Source: Polyangiaceae bacterium (GTDB lineage Bacteria; Myxococcota_A; Polyangia; Polyangiales; Polyangiaceae). From it: a stretch of DNA of 64,000 nt. The position numbers and the translations under genes are program-made. Of the stretch, positions 60,413-64,000 are shown in pieces. The stretch covers positions 2,048,001 through 2,112,000 of the forward strand of contig CBDCTZ010000016.1 in NCBI GenBank assembly GCA_965222375.1, read 5' to 3'. The first letter of the stretch is position 1. Each line of letters begins with the position of its first letter. The notes under the pieces were generated by a model. That model searched no databases. It saw only the letters and a program-made list of their open reading frames with translations, and had not been told where the DNA came from.

Positions 60413-61708
60413 ATGCGGGCGCCACGGGATCCCCTATCGCAAGACGAGCGGCGTGAGCTCGAAGGCGCATCCCGTCCGCGCCGAACGCTGCCCCTCGTGC
60501 CCCCTTCCAGGGGACAGTTTCCCCTCCTCGACGACGTGCGAGACGTGGACCGTGAGTACCGCCCCACCTACGTGGTTTGGGAAATCACGTTGCGCTGCGA
60601 TCTGACTTGCCGTCACTGCGGTTCGCGAGCCGGTGCGGCGCGTCCGGACGAGCTGAGCTTGGATGAGTCTCTCGACCTTGTCAGCCAGCTGGCCGCGCTT
60701 GGCGTCCGGGAGGTCACGCTGATCGGCGGCGAGGCGTATCTGTACGACGGTTGGACTGAGGTGATTCGGAAGATCCGCGCCGAGGGCATGGATTCCACCA
60801 TGGTCACGGGTGGCCGCGGCATCACAGCGGAAGTGGCCAAGGCTGCAGCCAGCGCTGGCCTGCAAAGTCTTGGAGTTTCCATCGACGGTGATCGCTCCAG
60901 TCATGACCGACTGCGCGGCGCGAAGGGTAGCTGGGACTCGGCCGTGGCCGCCCTGCACGCCGCGCGGGAAGCTGGACTCCAGGTGTCCGTCAACACCCAG
61001 ATCAACCGACTCAGTTTGCCTGTGTTCGAACAGGTTGCAGATGTGCTGGTCGACGTCGGAGCCCACGGTTGGCAGCTCCAGCTGACAGTGCCCATGGGCC
61101 GCGCTGTCGACGAGCCGGAAGTGTTGCTTCAACCCTACGACTTGCTCGACGTGATGCCGCGCCTTGCGGCCCTGAAGCGGAAGTTGACGCCCCTCGGCGT
61201 AAAAGTAGTGACCGGAAACAACATTGGCTACTTCGGCCCCTACGATCACTTGCTGCGCCAGAGCTTTCCTTGCGGTCACAGTACGCAATGCGTGGCTGGG
61301 CGCTATGGACTCGGCATCGAAGCCAATGGCGACATCAAGGGTTGCCCTTCCTTGCCTACGGACGGCTGGGTCGGTGGCAACATTCGCACCGAAAAACTCG
61401 TCGATATCTGGGAGCGCTCGGAGCCGCTACGCTTTCAGCGGGTGCGCAGCGAAGAGCAGCTATGGGGGCTGTGTCGAGACTGCTACTACGCCGACGAGTG
61501 TCACGGCGGCTGCACCTGGATGGCGACGTCCCTGTTCGGCAAGCCAGGCAACAACCCGTTTTGCCACCATCGCGCGCTAGAGCTCGAGAAGGCGGGAAAA
61601 CGAGAGCGAGTCGAGAGAATCGAGGCTGCGCCCGGGACCCCGTTCGATCACGGGCGATTTCGTGCCATCATAGAGTCGCTGCCGGCGGAAGCAGCAAAGG
61701 GAGAATGA
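60413..61708 (+). CDS. Radical SAM/SPASM peptide maturase, splicease (PlpX-like) family
   Basis: 'VVWEITLRCDLTCRHCGSRAG', 'NNIGYFGPY', 'CVAG..GIEANGDIKGCPSL', 'CRDCYYADECHGGCTW..GNNPFCHHRAL'. Confidence 0.85.
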   Translation: MRAPRDPLSQDERRELEGASRPRRTLPLVPPSRGQFPLLDDVRDVDREYRPTYVVWEITLRCDLTCRHCGSRAGAARPDELSLDESLDLVSQLAALGVREVTLIGGEAYLYDGWTEVIRKIRAEGMDSTMVTGGRGITAEVAKAAASAGLQSLGVSIDGDRSSHDRLRGAKGSWDSAVAALHAAREAGLQVSVNTQINRLSLPVFEQVADVLVDVGAHGWQLQLTVPMGRAVDEPEVLLQPYDLLDVMPRLAALKRKLTPLGVKVVTGNNIGYFGPYDHLLRQSFPCGHSTQCVAGRYGLGIEANGDIKGCPSLPTDGWVGGNIRTEKLVDIWERSEPLRFQRVRSEEQLWGLCRDCYYADECHGGCTWMATSLFGKPGNNPFCHHRALELEKAGKRERVERIEAAPGTPFDHGRFRAIIESLPAEAAKGE

Positions 61709-62277
61709 GTATGAGTCGCTTCGTTGTATGTCCCAGCTGCGAGCGCCATGTGCGGCGCAGTGAAGAGAGCTGCCCCTTCTGCAACGAGGTGGTGCCCAGC
61801 GCCGTGCGGCAGCATGCGCTCCCAGCTCCGCCCGCGGGCTTGTCACGCGCGCGAGCCTACGCCTTCCGCGCGGCGCTGTTGGCTAGCAGCGCTGCCGTTG
61901 CTTGTTCCTCCAGTGGCGAGAGCCCCCCTGGAGACGGCGGGACATCCGGAAGCTCTGGCACCGGCGCCACGTCGGGTACCGGCGGAACCGCCACGGGTGG
62001 CGCCAGCGGCAGTGCCGGCAGCGGTGGCACCGCGACGGGCGGAGCCGCTGGAAGCGGCGGCATGGCAGGTAGTGGTGGGACCGCGACCGGCGGTGCTGCC
62101 GGTACGAGTGGCGCCAGCGGTTCGAGTGGTTCGAGTGGCGCAAGCGGTGCTAGCGGAGCCGGTGGCAGCGGCGGCGCTGCGGGAAGCGGTGGCACGAGCG
62201 GCAGTGGTGGTACGGGAGGCTTCCCGCTGCCCTACGGCTGCGTCTGGCCCGGCGAATGCGGGCCGATTCACGCCTGA
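61705..62277 (+). CDS. Putative substrate lipoprotein with a zinc-ribbon leader and C-terminal PYG motif
   Basis: 'CPSCERHV..CPFC', 'AAVAC' lipobox, Gly/Ser linker, 'FPLPYGCVWPGECGPIHA'; ATGA coupling to the radical SAM gene. Confidence 0.75.
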   Translation: MSMSRFVVCPSCERHVRRSEESCPFCNEVVPSAVRQHALPAPPAGLSRARAYAFRAALLASSAAVACSSSGESPPGDGGTSGSSGTGATSGTGGTATGGASGSAGSGGTATGGAAGSGGMAGSGGTATGGAAGTSGASGSSGSSGASGASGAGGSGGAAGSGGTSGSGGTGGFPLPYGCVWPGECGPIHA

Positions 62278-63479
62278 GTGAAGAAGCTCTGCAGCGCGCC
62301 GAGAACTTTCTCTGCACCTCGCGCGGGGCCCATCGCGTGATCGACGCCGTCGAGCTGTTGGAAGCGCCCTGCGGGAGCTAGCTCCGCGATTTCGCGCGCC
62401 TCTTCGGCGCTGCTGATCCAGTCGTCGCTACCGTGCAGCGCGAGCACCGGACATTCGAGCTTCTGCCAACACGCGGCCAAGTCGACGAGTTGAAGCTGCT
62501 GAAAGAACGACGCCACGCGACCCGCCACCCGCTGTCCGGCGTAGGTTGGAGGCCCGATCCCCTGCAGTTCCGGATACTGCTCGAAGGCTTGGGCAGGAGT
62601 CAGACCATGCACGTAAACCAGCTCTTCGAGCTCCGCTAGCTGCTCCGCGCGCTGGCGTCGCTCCGCCTCCTCGAAGGATTGCCGCTCGAGCTGCCGCACG
62701 GCGGCGCCGTGGGCACATTCCATCCACGGACGAGCCGAACTGCCGAACGCGACCACACGATCCAGCGTTGCGCCCTTCGCGCGCTCCAGAGTTGTCGCGA
62801 GCACTGGGGCCACCATGCCCCCAAGGCTCACGCCAAACAGCACCACGCGCCTGACTTGCTCCTGCGCGAGCAGCGCGCTTAGTCCGCTGTGGAACCCTGC
62901 GATTTCGGCGTCCCAATCCAGATCGACGCAGGCCGGACCCTCGCTGTCACCGATGCCGGAGCGCTCGACGCGATGCACGGCGACGCCCGTCGCCGCTAGC
63001 CCATCGATCAAGGCATGATCCACGGAGCCCAGCGCGAAGGGACGGTCCACGCTGGTCCAACTCGCGCCGGGCAGCAGCATCCAAGCCGTGTCCGTAGCTC
63101 GCTGGGGCCAGACCGTCAGCGTACGTAGCCGCCCGTGCGGCCCCCGACACTCTCCCAGTTCGAGGCGACCGGAAGGGAACTGCTCCGAGGGCATGGGCGA
63201 TAAGGGGACCTCGAGGGAAACTTCGTCGCCATTACGCCTCACCGCGATTCGTGTCCCGGACTGGTCCGCAAGGGAGCGCATCGCGGCGTCGAGTTCCGAT
63301 GGGGCGCGCGCCCGCTGCCCGCCCACGCTGACGAGCTCATCGCCGGCACAGAGGGCCGAGGCGCTTGCGGGCGACTGCCCCGGAACATCCGCGACGACCA
63401 ATCCGCCTGCTTGCGCTCGCAGTACGATTCCGAGGTGAGCGCGCCGAGGCAGCCGTGTTTTTAGCTTCGAAGACTCCAT
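62268..63479 (-). CDS. PDZ-domain alpha/beta hydrolase
   Basis: PDZ 'LGIV..SPA..L.AGDEL'; 'RSGIGDSEG', 'GVSLGG', 'HGSDD', 'DH'. Confidence 0.85.
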   Translation of the reverse strand: MESSKLKTRLPRRAHLGIVLRAQAGGLVVADVPGQSPASASALCAGDELVSVGGQRARAPSELDAAMRSLADQSGTRIAVRRNGDEVSLEVPLSPMPSEQFPSGRLELGECRGPHGRLRTLTVWPQRATDTAWMLLPGASWTSVDRPFALGSVDHALIDGLAATGVAVHRVERSGIGDSEGPACVDLDWDAEIAGFHSGLSALLAQEQVRRVVLFGVSLGGMVAPVLATTLERAKGATLDRVVAFGSSARPWMECAHGAAVRQLERQSFEEAERRQRAEQLAELEELVYVHGLTPAQAFEQYPELQGIGPPTYAGQRVAGRVASFFQQLQLVDLAACWQKLECPVLALHGSDDWISSAEEAREIAELAPAGRFQQLDGVDHAMGPARGAEKVLGALQSFFTQA

Positions 63480-63630
63480 CAGGGTGGACTTTCGTCACTT
63501 TGATTCATGCCGAACTCCGCCGAGTCGCGGACGCGGCCTGAGTCTCGCGCACTCATCCGGCTTGCGCCATCGAAGAGATGCTGTCCCGGCTCGACCCTCT
63601 TTTCACGTGCTAGTCTGCGTCCGCCCGGCC

Positions 63631-64000
63631 ATGAATTCGCCCAGCGTTTCCGGTCCCCTTGCCTGCGGCTTGCGGGACGTTGCCGCCGAGCTGCTTGGCG
63701 CCCAGGCCGTGCAGAGCGCCCTGTCTCGGGTCAGCGCAGACAACCGGCAGCGCTACGAAACCCTCACGGCTGTCGAGTGGGTACCGATCGAGGTGATGGA
63801 GACGGTGTTCGTGGAACTGGCCCGGGATGCCGGGGTCAGCGTGGGTACCCTCCACGAACAGGTCGCTGTCATTAGCATTGAACGCACCATGCGTACCTTT
63901 TGGCGCATGTTGCTGCGGCTGACCACGGACAGGGCCTTGATCAGCCGCACACCTGTAATCTTCAGCAAGTCCTACAATAGGGGCCGTCTGGAGGCCCACA
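63631..64000 (+). CDS. Myxobacterial hypothetical protein (DUF2378-like), runs off the window
   Basis: Open frame MNSPSVSG..AVEWVPIE..SYNRGRLEAH; absent from the ORF track because it has no stop. Confidence 0.6.
   Translation, partial: MNSPSVSGPLACGLRDVAAELLGAQAVQSALSRVSADNRQRYETLTAVEWVPIEVMETVFVELARDAGVSVGTLHEQVAVISIERTMRTFWRMLLRLTTDRALISRTPVIFSKSYNRGRLEAH

Overview
GC-rich bacterial DNA. The Gly-rich lipoproteins, MYXO-CTERM tail and Ser/Thr kinase + FHA/sigma-54 activator + PEGA module suggest Myxococcota, probably Polyangiaceae (inference). The left half (2.2-35.6 kb) is a ~33 kb accessory island bounded by a ~150 bp duplication of the 3' end of a SulP gene. It holds several IS91-family (HUH/Y2) elements. 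Three of them are interrupted at the same codon (GRR-M-AD) by a near-identical 2596 bp large-serine-recombinase (LSR) element. Joining that element's ends in silico gives a symmetric attP and assembles an RBS + ATG in frame with its otherwise start-less first gene, so this gene appears to exist only in the excised circle. The same excision would restore an intact 522-aa IS91 transposase in one copy. Other highlights: a probable UGA/selenocysteine MerB-like gene with a SECIS-like hairpin; a splicease-type radical SAM/SPASM enzyme coupled to a PYG-motif lipoprotein; an 8.4 kb cassette (1417-aa secreted protein plus two paralogous lipoproteins) bounded by a duplicated gene 3' end; and tiny hairpin insertions. 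The rest is mostly ordinary (lipase/FadL operon, purT, Usp, SDR). No rRNA, tRNA or CRISPR array was recognised. All family calls come from motifs read by eye and were not confirmed by database searches.
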